Assembly (NCBI GenBank): GCA_017480385.1
Contig: JAFVAT010000028.1
Span: 69,936 to 133,935, forward strand
Direction of reading: 5' to 3'
Source: Alphaproteobacteria bacterium
Lineage (GTDB): Bacteria; Pseudomonadota; Alphaproteobacteria; CAAGCB01; CAG-977
DNA: 64,000 nt
Position numbers and translations under genes: made by a program. The notes beneath the pieces were generated by a model. That model saw nothing but the letters and a program-made list of their open reading frames with translations. It did not search any database and was not told where the DNA came from. Positions 11,488 through 21,610 of the stretch are shown here, in pieces (position 1 is the first letter of the stretch; every line of letters begins with the position of its first letter).

Positions 11488-11937
11488 TCAATCATTTTCT
11501 TCTTCATCTCTATAATTCCGATTTATACCTATCCGGCTAAATAAAGAAAAAACGAAATCTTTAATCATTAAAACCTTATTTGTTCTTTCAATCGCAGACA
11601 AAAAATTATCCACCTGTTCAAGCACATTATAATCATTTACCAACTGTTCTATATTATCATTATATGATTCATAAATAATTCCGCCGTTACTGTTTCTTTG
11701 TGCAATTCTGCAGCGTGAACCAACTCCGATAAAAAGAGAGTTGAAAAATTCCCTTTGTTGTTTATTCATAGAAAAACTTATATTATTTCGTTCCATTATC
11801 TCCATACAACCGGAAATCAAAAAACGAAATTGGGGAAAGGTCTCCTTTGTTAAATCATCAACAATTAACTTTGAAAGCTTGTGTAATATGCTTAAAAATT
11901 TTTCTGTTATCCGTTCTTTCAATTCCTGATTTGTCAT
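11488..11937 (-). CDS. hypothetical cytoplasmic protein (149 aa) upstream of the lipoprotein pair
   Basis: Clean AT-rich ORF co-directional with the lipoprotein genes, 40 bp upstream. No recognisable motif. Confidence 0.4.
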   Translation of the reverse strand: MTNQELKERITEKFLSILHKLSKLIVDDLTKETFPQFRFLISGCMEIMERNNISFSMNKQQREFFNSLFIGVGSRCRIAQRNSNGGIIYESYNDNIEQLVNDYNVLEQVDNFLSAIERTNKVLMIKDFVFSLFSRIGINRNYRDEEEND

Positions 11938-12136
11938 TTGCTTTATTCCTGTTTCGTCAAGTCATTCGAAAAATTCGAATAGCCGTTTCAGAATACTGGA
12001 ACACAACAAACAGAGCAACTTTCAAATCCCGTATTTTCTAAAAAAATAAGCGAAAGATTGGCTGTAAATTGTTCTGTCCTGTTTCTGTTGATAAAAGTCA
12101 CGGAAACTATCAACCGGGTAGTGTGACTACCCAGTT

Positions 12137-12215
12137 CAAATTTGCAGTGCAACGCGCCACAAAAATTCTTTAATCTTGCTCGGCGCGCCTTTCGGGAAAG
12201 AACGGTCTGATTTGT
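12137..12215 (-). repeat. degenerate duplicate of the 3' end of the DinG-like helicase gene (encodes ...SFPKGAPSKIKEFL*), followed by a 7-bp-stem hairpin
   Basis: On the reverse strand, cagaccgttctttcccgaaaggcgcgccgagc...aagattaaagaattt matches ctgaccgctttccccaaaggcgcgccgatc...ataaagatcagggagttt at 13327-13420 (the true gene end). Hairpin gggtagtcacactaccc lies at 12116-12132. Confidence 0.5.
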
Positions 12216-12270
12216 TTTTCAGAGGCTCGGCTGAAAGGTTGCCAACGGTGGTTCCGACGATGTTGCCCCC

Positions 12271-12567
12271 TTATTTTTTCTTAACGAGATTTTCCAATTC
12301 CAGAAAACGGTCGAAATCGCTTTCAAACAGACGGTCTTGCACAATCCGGTATTTCTCGAATTCCGTTTCCGCGTGCTGTTTCGCCAATTCGGCGGACACT
12401 TTTCCGGCGTCTTGCAAAATGTCGTGATCCCACATCGTCAGAAAACCGTTCAGACGTTTTTCCCTATCCGCCATAGTCATCGGAATATGCCGCATCGCCT
12501 GAACTTCCGCCATATCCAAATAAGCCGAAACAATCCGCTCCATTTGCTTTAATTCAAATTCGCTCAA
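12271..12567 (-). CDS. hypothetical small protein (98 aa), downstream partner of the RhuM-family gene
   Basis: Co-directional ORF 57 bp downstream of the RhuM-like gene. No motif recognised. Confidence 0.45.
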   Translation of the reverse strand: MSEFELKQMERIVSAYLDMAEVQAMRHIPMTMADREKRLNGFLTMWDHDILQDAGKVSAELAKQHAETEFEKYRIVQDRLFESDFDRFLELENLVKKK

Positions 12568-12624
12568 ATAGTTTTTGGCGATGACGACATCGTATTTATG
12601 GATTTTGCCTTGCGGAGCCCCTTC

Positions 12625-13317
12625 CTACGACGTCAACCCCATATTTTCTTTGTCGGCGTTCGCGCGGTCGAAAACGACTTCCGCCGCCGTTTGTCCGTGG
12701 ACGGCATAATGCAGTTTGTTTTGAACCGCCGCGAAGAAGCGTTTCGTCACGGTCGCCGTCGCGTCGTAGTCAAGAGAGGTCGCGTAAACATCCGTTATCT
12801 TTTGATAAAACCTGCGTTCGGACAGCCGGATTTCGCGAATCTTCTCCAACTGCTTTTCAAAGTAGTCCCGATCCAGAACGGAACCGCCTTTTTTCAGGCG
12901 TTCAACGTCCATCACCCACCCTTGAATCGTGTAATCTTTGACGATTTGATTCGCCCATTTGCGGAACTGCACGGCGCGTTCGTTGTTGACCTTGAACCCG
13001 ACGGCGATGATCATTTGCAGATTGTAATGGGCGACTTCGCGCGAAACCTGACGGTTTCCCTCGTTTTGAACTATTAAGTAGTTCTTAATAGTTGCTTCTG
13101 GCGACAATTCGTTGTCGTCATATATTTTTTTGATGTGCTGGTTTATTGCCGGAACGGAAATATCATACAACGTCGCCATCAGCTTTTGCGTCAGCCAGAT
13201 GTTTTCGTCTTCGTAACGCATTTCGACACTGGCCGGATTGTCGCCCGTCGCGGCGATAAAAGTCAAATACTCCGCCGCCGATGAACGTATCGTGATTTCC
13301 TGTTTTTTCTTCGCCAT
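12625..13317 (-). CDS. RhuM-family (Virulence_RhuM) protein
   Basis: Conserved RhuM blocks: EDENIWLTQKLMATLYDISVPAINQHIKKIY, IVQNEGNRQVSREVAHYNLQMIIAVGFKVNNERAVQFRKWAN. Start is 9 bp after the helicase stop. Confidence 0.75.
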   Translation of the reverse strand: MAKKKQEITIRSSAAEYLTFIAATGDNPASVEMRYEDENIWLTQKLMATLYDISVPAINQHIKKIYDDNELSPEATIKNYLIVQNEGNRQVSREVAHYNLQMIIAVGFKVNNERAVQFRKWANQIVKDYTIQGWVMDVERLKKGGSVLDRDYFEKQLEKIREIRLSERRFYQKITDVYATSLDYDATATVTKRFFAAVQNKLHYAVHGQTAAEVVFDRANADKENMGLTS

Positions 13318-13326
13318 TTCGTTCCT

Positions 13327-16092
13327 CTATATATTTCCAAGAAACTCCCTGATCTTTATCAGCGCGTCTTTCAGGCCGAGTTTTTCGATCGGCGCGCCTT
13401 TGGGGAAAGCGGTCAGCGTTTCGCTGGGGATCGCGCGGTCAAGCAGGACGAACACGCCTTTATCGTCCTTTTTGCGGATCAGGCGACCGAACGCCTGCGC
13501 CAGTTTCATACGCACCAACATCAGATTATACGCTTCGCCCGTTTCGCCGAACGCCTCTTTGCGGGCTTTGTGCGCGATGGACGGCCGATGCCACGGCACG
13601 CGGTCGAACACAATCATTCTTAACGATTTCCCCGGAACGTCGATTCCGTCTCTGACCGCGTCCGTACCGAGCAGGCAAGCTTCCTCCTGCGCCTTGAAAA
13701 TGTCCAGAAGCGTTTGCAGGTTCACCGTATCGACGTGTTGCGCCAACAGCGGCAGACCGGCCTCCGCCAGCGGGTCTTTGATGCGGCGGTAAACCTCTTT
13801 CAAACGCCGGATAGCGGTGAAAATGCCCAGGCTTCCGCCCTGCGCCGCAAAAAACAACTCCCGATACGCCGCCGCGACTTCGTCAACGTTCGCCTTGTTC
13901 ACGTCCGTGATGATCAGCACGCGGGAATTTTCAGCGTAATCAAACGGCGATTCAAAATCCGCTTTTGTCAAATCGAACGGCAGTTCCGGCGTGTTCAGAT
14001 GCGCGACACCCGTTCTTTGCGCCGCGTGCGTCCAGTCCGTTTCCTTTTCCCCGCTTCTGTCCGTCAGGGTCGCCGACGTGATCAGAACGCCGTGCGCCAC
14101 TTGTTTCAAAGAACTGGCGAAAGGAAACGTCGGGTCTATCCAATGGCGGTGATAACCCACGTCGCTGTCAAAGCCGTCCGTGCGCGTAATTTCCAACCAG
14201 TCCACAAAGTCCGACGGCGTTTTTAATTCCAACTGTTCCAGCATCAGCCGCCAGACCGCCAACGGTTCCGCCGCCGTCTTTTTCAGCGACCGCAAAACCG
14301 CCGTGTATCTTTGCTTGTCCGCCGTTTCGATGTTGGCCGCTTCGTCGTTGATATATTTTTCGATCAAACGGATCAACAGCCGGACTTTTTCCTCCAAAGC
14401 TTTGACATCAGCATAAAGGACTTTCGCCGTTTCCGCCAGTTCCGGTGCGACGGGGCGCGGCTCGCATTCCAAAGAATACAACGCGTCAACCTTTTCGGCG
14501 CGGGCGGTGACTTGTCTGTAAACCTGCGTCAGGAATTTTTCAAAGTTGCCCTGCGGCGTTCTGTTTTTCAGCCGTGTCAAAGCCCCGCTTCTGGGCAGAA
14601 AAGCGGCCAAGACGGCAATATCCTGAACGGTCAGGTTGATGTCCGGCACGACCAGAGCCAAGTCTTCGATCCTGCGCCGTATGCCCTGCGCCCGTCCGGC
14701 GTGGCGGCGGTCTTCCGCCCCCAGCAGACAGCGGCGCATTTCCGTGCCTTCGCGCAAGTTGATTTCTCCGGCAAAGATGTCGTCCGCCGCGTTGAACAGC
14801 TGATGCCCTTCGTCAAAGACGAACCGCACGGGCAACAAACCTTCGTCCGCCGCGCCCGCCAACTGCGTCATCACAAGCGCGTGATTGGCGACGACGATTT
14901 TCGCGTGCCGGCTGCGGCGCAAGACCTTTTCGATAAAGCATTTCTTATAGTGCGGACACTGGGCGTAAATGCAGTCGCCGCGCTGATCCGCCAAGCTCGC
15001 CAGACTGGACGCGTTCAGCATATCGGCCAGCCAGCCGGGAAAGTCCCCGCCGCTCAAGTCTCCGTCTTTGGTTTTCGCAATCCAGCGGGCGATCAGGCCC
15101 AACGGCACGGAAGACGGCGGAGAACCCGGGATTCTTCCGACCGCTTCGGCGAAATTCAGCAGGCACAAGTAATTTTCCCGCCCTTTGCGCACAACGACGT
15201 TGCGACGCTTTGCCATAGCGTCGGGATAAAGCCGCGACAATTCGCCCTCCAACTGCCTTTGCAGGTTGCGGGTAAAAGTGCTGATCCAAACCGTGCCTGC
15301 GTTTTTATCGCTCCACACCCCCGTCGGCGCCAGATAGCCCAACGTCTTGCCGATTCCGGTTCCCGCCTGCGCCAGAACGGTAACGGGAACGCCTTCGTCC
15401 GCCCGCGGCGCGAAAGCTTTGGAAACGGTTTTCGCATAGGCGAACTGGTCGGCGCGATCCTCCACCGTAAAGCCGTCGGTCGGCACGGCAAGCAATTCTT
15501 TTAACTTCCGTTCGGCTTCAAACGCTTCGACCGGTTGAGTCCCCGCCGGAGGCTCCGGCGCGCTTTCCTGCCATTCGGTCAGATTGTTCCAAACGGCAAA
15601 GCCCGTCAGACCGGTAACGCCCGCCGCATTCGGATCACGTCCCAAAGCCGCCAACACGTCCGCCCCCCAAATCCAGCCGCCATCGCGGTTCATCGTGATT
15701 GCCAAAGCGGCCGCGGCTTTGCTGTCCTCAACGTTCATCGCCGCCAGTTTCGACAGCAGGATTCGCGTGATCGAAAACAGGCTTTTGGCTTCCTCGAAAG
15801 CGTTTGCCGGCATTGTGATATTCAGAAAAGCGGCGATTTCTTTGGCGGTCGGGACAACGTTCCGCGCCGGACAGACGAAAGCGAACAACTCCAACACGTC
15901 CAGAACGGTCGCGGGCATCTGCCGCCCGAGCTTGCCCCGCATCAAAGACCGGTTGCAAACCAGAACGGGCGCGTTTTTAGTCAGACGGAAGACCTCGTGC
16001 GCGGGCACGGCGCAGCAAAATTCCCCGTCCGCCGTCGTCAGCACGAACTCTTTCAACCCTGCCGCCATAGCCAGCGGACGATCTTCCGTCAC
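13327..16092 (-). CDS. DinG/Rad3-family ATP-dependent DNA helicase with ~200-aa N-terminal extension
   Basis: Walker A AQAGTGIGKT; DEGH box VFDEGHQLF; four-Cys Fe-S cluster region (CLLNF...CIYAQCPHYKKC). 921 aa. Confidence 0.8.
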   Translation of the reverse strand: MTEDRPLAMAAGLKEFVLTTADGEFCCAVPAHEVFRLTKNAPVLVCNRSLMRGKLGRQMPATVLDVLELFAFVCPARNVVPTAKEIAAFLNITMPANAFEEAKSLFSITRILLSKLAAMNVEDSKAAAALAITMNRDGGWIWGADVLAALGRDPNAAGVTGLTGFAVWNNLTEWQESAPEPPAGTQPVEAFEAERKLKELLAVPTDGFTVEDRADQFAYAKTVSKAFAPRADEGVPVTVLAQAGTGIGKTLGYLAPTGVWSDKNAGTVWISTFTRNLQRQLEGELSRLYPDAMAKRRNVVVRKGRENYLCLLNFAEAVGRIPGSPPSSVPLGLIARWIAKTKDGDLSGGDFPGWLADMLNASSLASLADQRGDCIYAQCPHYKKCFIEKVLRRSRHAKIVVANHALVMTQLAGAADEGLLPVRFVFDEGHQLFNAADDIFAGEINLREGTEMRRCLLGAEDRRHAGRAQGIRRRIEDLALVVPDINLTVQDIAVLAAFLPRSGALTRLKNRTPQGNFEKFLTQVYRQVTARAEKVDALYSLECEPRPVAPELAETAKVLYADVKALEEKVRLLIRLIEKYINDEAANIETADKQRYTAVLRSLKKTAAEPLAVWRLMLEQLELKTPSDFVDWLEITRTDGFDSDVGYHRHWIDPTFPFASSLKQVAHGVLITSATLTDRSGEKETDWTHAAQRTGVAHLNTPELPFDLTKADFESPFDYAENSRVLIITDVNKANVDEVAAAYRELFFAAQGGSLGIFTAIRRLKEVYRRIKDPLAEAGLPLLAQHVDTVNLQTLLDIFKAQEEACLLGTDAVRDGIDVPGKSLRMIVFDRVPWHRPSIAHKARKEAFGETGEAYNLMLVRMKLAQAFGRLIRKKDDKGVFVLLDRAIPSETLTAFPKGAPIEKLGLKDALIKIREFLGNI

Positions 16093-16270
16093 GATGTTTC
16101 GCCTTTCCGATGTTTTCAGTTTATGTATAAATTATCCGTTCCCGCCGGATAATCAAAGGGAAAAATCACCGGCTTTTTTCCTTGCCAAACAAAAAAGAAT
16201 TTAAAATATATTTTAAAAACTTTTAAATTATGGTATATTTTAAAAATGGATTTAAAGAAAGAATCTCCCA

Positions 16271-17473
16271 ATGATTAAACGTCAAACCTATTTAAAAAAA
16301 CTTTTACCGTTTAAGGACAAACAGCTGATCAAAGTCGTTTCCGGTGTCCGCCGGTGCGGAAAATCAACGCTGTTCAAGCTGTATCAGGAACAGCTTTTAA
16401 AAGACGGCGTTGCGCCCGAGCAGATTATTTCCATCAATTTGGAAGATCTTGCTTTTGAAAGCCTGCTCGACTACCGGAAACTGCACGACTACATTTGCGC
16501 CCGTTTACTGCCGGATCGGAAGAACTACGTTTTCCTTGATGAAATTCAAAACGTCCTTTCTTATGAAAAAGCGGTGGACAGTTTATTCATCAAAGACAAT
16601 GTTGATTTGTACCTGACAGGTTCGAACGCCTATATGCTGTCGGGCGATATGGCGACGTTGCTTTCGGGACGGTATGTGCAAATCGAAATGCTGCCTCTGT
16701 CGTTTGCGGAGTATGTCAGCGCGTTTGAAAAAGACAAAAATATCGACCGGTTGTTTCAAAGCTATCTGGAAAACAGTTCTTTTCCTTACGCGTTGCAGCT
16801 ATCCGACCTGAACGCTATTCACGACTATCTGCAAGGCGTGTACAGCACAATCGTTTTAAAAGACGTCGTCGCCCGTAAAAAAGTGGCGGACGCGGCGGTT
16901 CTGGACAGTCTGATCAGGTTTATGTTCGACAATATCGGCAATTTGTGTTCAGCAAAAAAAATCAGCGACACACTGACTTCGGGCGGACGGAAAATCACTT
17001 CGCCGACGGTCGAAAACTATCTGTCCGCTTTGACGGAAAGCTACATTTTATACCGCGTTCCCCGTTATGACGTGAAAGGGAAAAATCTGTTGAAATCGCT
17101 GGATAAATACTATCTGTGCGACACGACGTTGCGGCGGCTGAAAGTGGCGTCCGAAGCGTCCGACAGCGGGCATATTCTGGAAAACGTCGTTTTTCTGGAA
17201 TTAAAACGCCGCGGCTATGAAGTTTATGTCGGACAGGCGGGAAATAAAGAGGTTGACTTTGTCGCGATCAAAGCCCCGAACATTGTTGAGTATTATCAGG
17301 TTTCCGAAACGCTGAGAGATCAAGCGACGCTGACCCGCGAACTGTCCGCGTTGGAAACGATTGCCGACCATAACCCGAAATTTCTGTTGACGGCGGACAT
17401 CACACCTGCCGAAAGTTACAACGGCATTCAAAAACGGAATGTTTTGGATTGGCTTCTGTCCGCAGAAGCGTAA
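16271..17473 (+). CDS. AAA+ ATPase of the DUF4143/AAA_14 family
   Basis: Walker A GVRRCGKST; Walker B VFLDEIQ; length and domain layout typical of the family. Confidence 0.75.
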   Translation: MIKRQTYLKKLLPFKDKQLIKVVSGVRRCGKSTLFKLYQEQLLKDGVAPEQIISINLEDLAFESLLDYRKLHDYICARLLPDRKNYVFLDEIQNVLSYEKAVDSLFIKDNVDLYLTGSNAYMLSGDMATLLSGRYVQIEMLPLSFAEYVSAFEKDKNIDRLFQSYLENSSFPYALQLSDLNAIHDYLQGVYSTIVLKDVVARKKVADAAVLDSLIRFMFDNIGNLCSAKKISDTLTSGGRKITSPTVENYLSALTESYILYRVPRYDVKGKNLLKSLDKYYLCDTTLRRLKVASEASDSGHILENVVFLELKRRGYEVYVGQAGNKEVDFVAIKAPNIVEYYQVSETLRDQATLTRELSALETIADHNPKFLLTADITPAESYNGIQKRNVLDWLLSAEA

Positions 17474-17737
17474 CGTTCTGCAGTCAGAGAAAAAACAACC
17501 GGTCCTGTTGGCTTCTTTTGCGAACGGAGAAAAGCAGAGAAAAAAGTCTTGAAAAGAGGAGGTTAAAGAAGGAGAAACTGACTACGGCAAAACCATGATT
17601 AAAATCTGTTTGATATATGATATTCCGACTGATTGATATGAGCCTGAAAAGAGCAAAATCATTTGAAAAGAATGGAATTATAGGTTATACATTAGGCGGT
17701 TCAATGTAAATTAGGCGAATCTTTTGGGGGTGCCGCA

Positions 17738-18757
17738 ATGAAGATTAACAATCGGCGCTATACTGGAAGCAAATATAAGCTGATGCCTTGGATAAAAGAA
17801 ATTATCCTAAAAAAATGTCCTAAGCGCAGTATATTGTTTGATGTTTTTGGAGGAACAGGCGTCGTTACGGCAGAATTGCTTGACGTGTTCGATTCCGCCA
17901 TAATTAACGATTTTCTTTATTCAAATGAAGTAATTTATAATGCTTTTTTCGGCAAAGAAAAAATCAATGAAAAAAAATTATCAACTTTTGAAAAAAAATA
18001 TAATTCCATAGAAAGAGTGAAGTTAGAAGATAATTACATATCTGATAATTTTGGAGGAAAATTTTTTAAGTATAATGACTCAAAACTTATAGGATTTATC
18101 CGAGAAGATATTGAAAACGCATTAAACAAAAAAACGATAAACAAACGAGAGTTTAATGTCTTGCTTGCCTCTTTGTTATATTCTTTAGACCGATGCGCAA
18201 ACACCGTAGGTCATTACGATGCTTATATAAAAGGGAAAGAGATAAGAGCAGATTTTATTTTTGAACTGATAGAGCCTATTATAACGAACAAAGAAGTAAA
18301 AATATATCGGATGGATGCAAATATTCTGGCCAAGAGTGTGTCTGCGGACGTCGCTTTTGTAGACCCTCCTTATAACAGCAGACAATATTCCAGATTTTAT
18401 CACGTTCTTGAAACAATTACAAAATGGGATAAGCCCAAATTGACTGGAACAGCAATGAAACCTCCAGAAGAAAATATGTCCGAATATTGTAGAAATTCGG
18501 CTCCCGAAACTTTTGATGATTTGATTAAAAATCTAAATGTAAAGTATATAGTTGTAACCTATAACAATACCTACGATTCTAAAAGCTCATCATCAAGAAA
18601 TAAAATCACATTAGAACAAATCAAAGAAATCCTTAATAGAAAAGGTAGAACGGAGGTCTTTGAAAAAGAATATCACCGGTTTAACGCGGGAAAAACGGAC
18701 ACAACAGAACATAAGGAAATGGTATTTATAACAGAGGTTATGAATAAAAATGGATAA
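17738..18757 (+). CDS. D12-class (Dam-like) N6-adenine DNA methyltransferase, RM subunit 1
   Basis: Motif I-like YTGSKYKLMPWI...FGGTG and motif IV FVDPPY. 8-bp overlap with the next MTase. Confidence 0.8.
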   Translation: MKINNRRYTGSKYKLMPWIKEIILKKCPKRSILFDVFGGTGVVTAELLDVFDSAIINDFLYSNEVIYNAFFGKEKINEKKLSTFEKKYNSIERVKLEDNYISDNFGGKFFKYNDSKLIGFIREDIENALNKKTINKREFNVLLASLLYSLDRCANTVGHYDAYIKGKEIRADFIFELIEPIITNKEVKIYRMDANILAKSVSADVAFVDPPYNSRQYSRFYHVLETITKWDKPKLTGTAMKPPEENMSEYCRNSAPETFDDLIKNLNVKYIVVTYNNTYDSKSSSSRNKITLEQIKEILNRKGRTEVFEKEYHRFNAGKTDTTEHKEMVFITEVMNKNG

Positions 18758-19655
18758 AAGCATTGTAAGATCCCCGTTTTTTTATGTAGGAGACAAATAC
18801 AAATTGATGTCTCAACTAAGGAAACTTTTTCCTCAAGACATCAGTATCTACATTGAGCCGTTTGTTGGAGGCGGAAGCTCTTTCTTAAATACCACAGCAA
18901 AGAAATATATTGTAAATGACGTTGATCCGTATGTCATCAAACTTCATAAATATATTTCTTCGTTTGCAGGAAAAAAAGACGCCTTTTTACAAAATATTTA
19001 TAATACCATTGAAAAATACGGTTTATCTTGTTCGTATAAAAATACCGTTGTTCCCGATGAACTAAAAAAAGAATATGTAAAAACATATTATTCTCATTAC
19101 AATAAACTCGCTTATCAGAAGATGAAGAATGATTTTAATTCATCAAAAGACCCTTTGTTATTATACCTTTTGCTCATATACGGCTTCAATCATATGATCC
19201 GTTTTAACAGTTCAGGTTTATTTAATCTTCCTGTAGGCAATGTCGATTACAATAAAAATGTTTATAATGCGCTTTGCAATTACTTAGATTTTATGGATAA
19301 ACATGATGTTCAATTTTTCAATAAAGACTATAGAAGTTTTCTAAATGATATATCTTTTGATAAAAAAACCTTTCTATACTTTGATCCTCCATACCTGATA
19401 TCCGGTTCAGAGTATAATAAATACTGGAATAGCGAAGAAGAAAAAAAATTATGTGAACATCTCGATTTTCTTGATACGCAAGGAGTTCACTTTGGAATAA
19501 CGAATTTAATAAGCCACAAAGGAAAAACTAATACAACATTCCTTGAATGGTCCAAGAAATACATTTGTTATGAAATCAGCAGCAACTATATCAGCTTTAA
19601 TGACAATACCATTAAGGCGAACTCAAAGGAGGTTTACATAACAAACCATGGCTAA
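18750..19655 (+). CDS. D12-class (Dam-like) N6-adenine DNA methyltransferase, RM subunit 2
   Basis: YVGDKYKLM...PFVGGG and FDPPY motifs. Overlaps the downstream endonuclease gene by 8 bp. Confidence 0.75.
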   Translation: MDKSIVRSPFFYVGDKYKLMSQLRKLFPQDISIYIEPFVGGGSSFLNTTAKKYIVNDVDPYVIKLHKYISSFAGKKDAFLQNIYNTIEKYGLSCSYKNTVVPDELKKEYVKTYYSHYNKLAYQKMKNDFNSSKDPLLLYLLLIYGFNHMIRFNSSGLFNLPVGNVDYNKNVYNALCNYLDFMDKHDVQFFNKDYRSFLNDISFDKKTFLYFDPPYLISGSEYNKYWNSEEEKKLCEHLDFLDTQGVHFGITNLISHKGKTNTTFLEWSKKYICYEISSNYISFNDNTIKANSKEVYITNHG

Positions 19656-21219
19656 AAGTAAGGCAAAACCTTTGTCTTTTTCGACAACCATCAGAAATCC
19701 GGAACGGATTCCTAATTTTCTGAATTGTATTCTTCCCTTTGAAGGTAAGCTGCTAACATCGCAGGTTATTCATGAAGTTGTAAAAAGTGTGATTAGGGCG
19801 AAAGAATACACCCCGAATTATATCAAAAAACAACCTAAATTGAATAGCATTTTATTGAATGATGAAAAAACATATAGCGATAACGAATTAGAACAAATAA
19901 TAGAAAAATCTCCTCAAAAACATAAAGAAACCGGCTTTGAATATGGTTGGGATTCCAGATTTGATACGTGGTATAAAATGATAAAAGAGTTCGGCTTCAT
20001 TAAATATAGTATGAATAAGCCGATAGAAATTACACAAACCGGTCATATGCTTGTTGACGCGTATAATGAAGACCCTATCAATCAAAAGAAAATACAATTA
20101 GTTTATTTAAATGCTCTTATGAAGTATCAAACTAATAATCCGCTTAGAAAGAATCTAAATGAAAATGTTCCATTGCCTTTTCTATTGAATGTCATACAAT
20201 TTTTCCATAATGATCCAAACGAAAACAATGCCGGCATTGCGCGGCATGAACTTCCAATACTGATTTGTTGGAGAAATAATGATGCTTATGAAGCGTATAA
20301 ATATATAAAAAACATCAGAAAAGAAGTTCATTTTCAAGCGTCTGACGAATATATTTACGAAAAATGCTTAGAAATTCTTGAAAACGATAATAGAAAATAC
20401 TTAAAAAGTGAGAAAATATGCCACGAAGCCGTTGATGAATATATACGTAAGATGCGCATGTCCGGATTGCTTTCATTAAGAGGAAATGGAAGATTTTTGG
20501 ATATCAACAGCTTTGAAAAAGACTTGGCAGATTATGTAATGAATAATTACATAAATTATTCGAAGTTTTCATCAGAAAACGATTATATTGACTATATGGG
20601 AACAGTCGATAAAAAGATTATTCAAATCGAAGACAAAGAAGTAATTGACTTTTCAGATATAAGAAAGAAAACCTTATATAAATATGCTTCTGAAATGAGC
20701 AAAGAAGAAATTATTAAAGAGCTGCAGATCGTTTGCGATAAAAAAGAAAGCAAGAACCTAATACTTAGATTCATTAACGCGCCTACAAGGCTTGAATTTT
20801 TAACCAGCATTGCTTTAGTTCAAAATTATGACGGCTTAGATGTAAATCCAAACTATTCCGTAGATGATGAAGGGTTGCCAATATTTACTGCGTCAGGCGG
20901 ATTTGCTGACATCGAATGTTATGATTCCGATTATGATAGTTATTTTGAGGTAACTTTAATGTGTGGTCGCTCCGAGCAGGTAAACAATGAAATAATCCCT
21001 ATAAGCAGACACCTTAAAGAAGCAAAAATCTCTAGAAGAAATGAATCATTCTCCGTTTTTGTGGCTCCTGTAATTCACCCCGATACCAAAGAAGCCGCCG
21101 AATGGCAGAAAAAGAAATACGGTGTTGAAATAATCACGTTTAACATACATGAGTTTATATCTGCTCTAAATACTACAAAAAAAGCCTCTAATTTACGGAG
21201 CTTCCAAGAGATAAATTAG
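19648..21219 (+). CDS. putative Type II (possibly IIS) restriction endonuclease
   Basis: 523-aa ORF translationally coupled after two m6A MTases (two-MTase plus REase layout, as in DpnII/MboI-like or IIS systems). No catalytic motif confidently read. Confidence 0.5.
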   Translation: MAKSKAKPLSFSTTIRNPERIPNFLNCILPFEGKLLTSQVIHEVVKSVIRAKEYTPNYIKKQPKLNSILLNDEKTYSDNELEQIIEKSPQKHKETGFEYGWDSRFDTWYKMIKEFGFIKYSMNKPIEITQTGHMLVDAYNEDPINQKKIQLVYLNALMKYQTNNPLRKNLNENVPLPFLLNVIQFFHNDPNENNAGIARHELPILICWRNNDAYEAYKYIKNIRKEVHFQASDEYIYEKCLEILENDNRKYLKSEKICHEAVDEYIRKMRMSGLLSLRGNGRFLDINSFEKDLADYVMNNYINYSKFSSENDYIDYMGTVDKKIIQIEDKEVIDFSDIRKKTLYKYASEMSKEEIIKELQIVCDKKESKNLILRFINAPTRLEFLTSIALVQNYDGLDVNPNYSVDDEGLPIFTASGGFADIECYDSDYDSYFEVTLMCGRSEQVNNEIIPISRHLKEAKISRRNESFSVFVAPVIHPDTKEAAEWQKKKYGVEIITFNIHEFISALNTTKKASNLRSFQEIN

Positions 21220-21283
21220 TTTATGTCGCATCAACACACGATTATCCAAGCCGTTTCAAGAAAAAAGCCATCTGTTCCAACTC

Positions 21284-21339
21284 TATCAAAGCCTTCTTTA
21301 CAAAAACCGCTTTTCGTTATAAAACTGTCGGCAACAAAC
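21284..21339 (+). repeat. 56-bp direct repeat, copy A (flanks Abi gene)
   Basis: tatcaaagccttctttacaaaaaccgcttttcgttataaaactgtcggcaacaaac; 54/56 identical to copy B at 22534-22589. Confidence 0.85.
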
Positions 21340-21610
21340 ATCCATTTAAAAAAATCCGCAAAATGCAAAAAAATAAAATAGCGGTTGATTTTGCCGGAAG
21401 GGATTAGATAAATTCTATTTCGAAAATTAGACTGCCAAATCGGTTTATTCCCAATTGGGATTACCTAATAGAAACAATACAAAGATTTCTTAAATATCCA
21501 GGAAAAATGCCGTTGATTTTTTCATCAGAATCGGTTATATAATTCGTAACAACACTCGGGACGCCTCTTAACAATGCGCACCACTCCGAGTCTTTTTTTG
21601 GGAAAAATCT

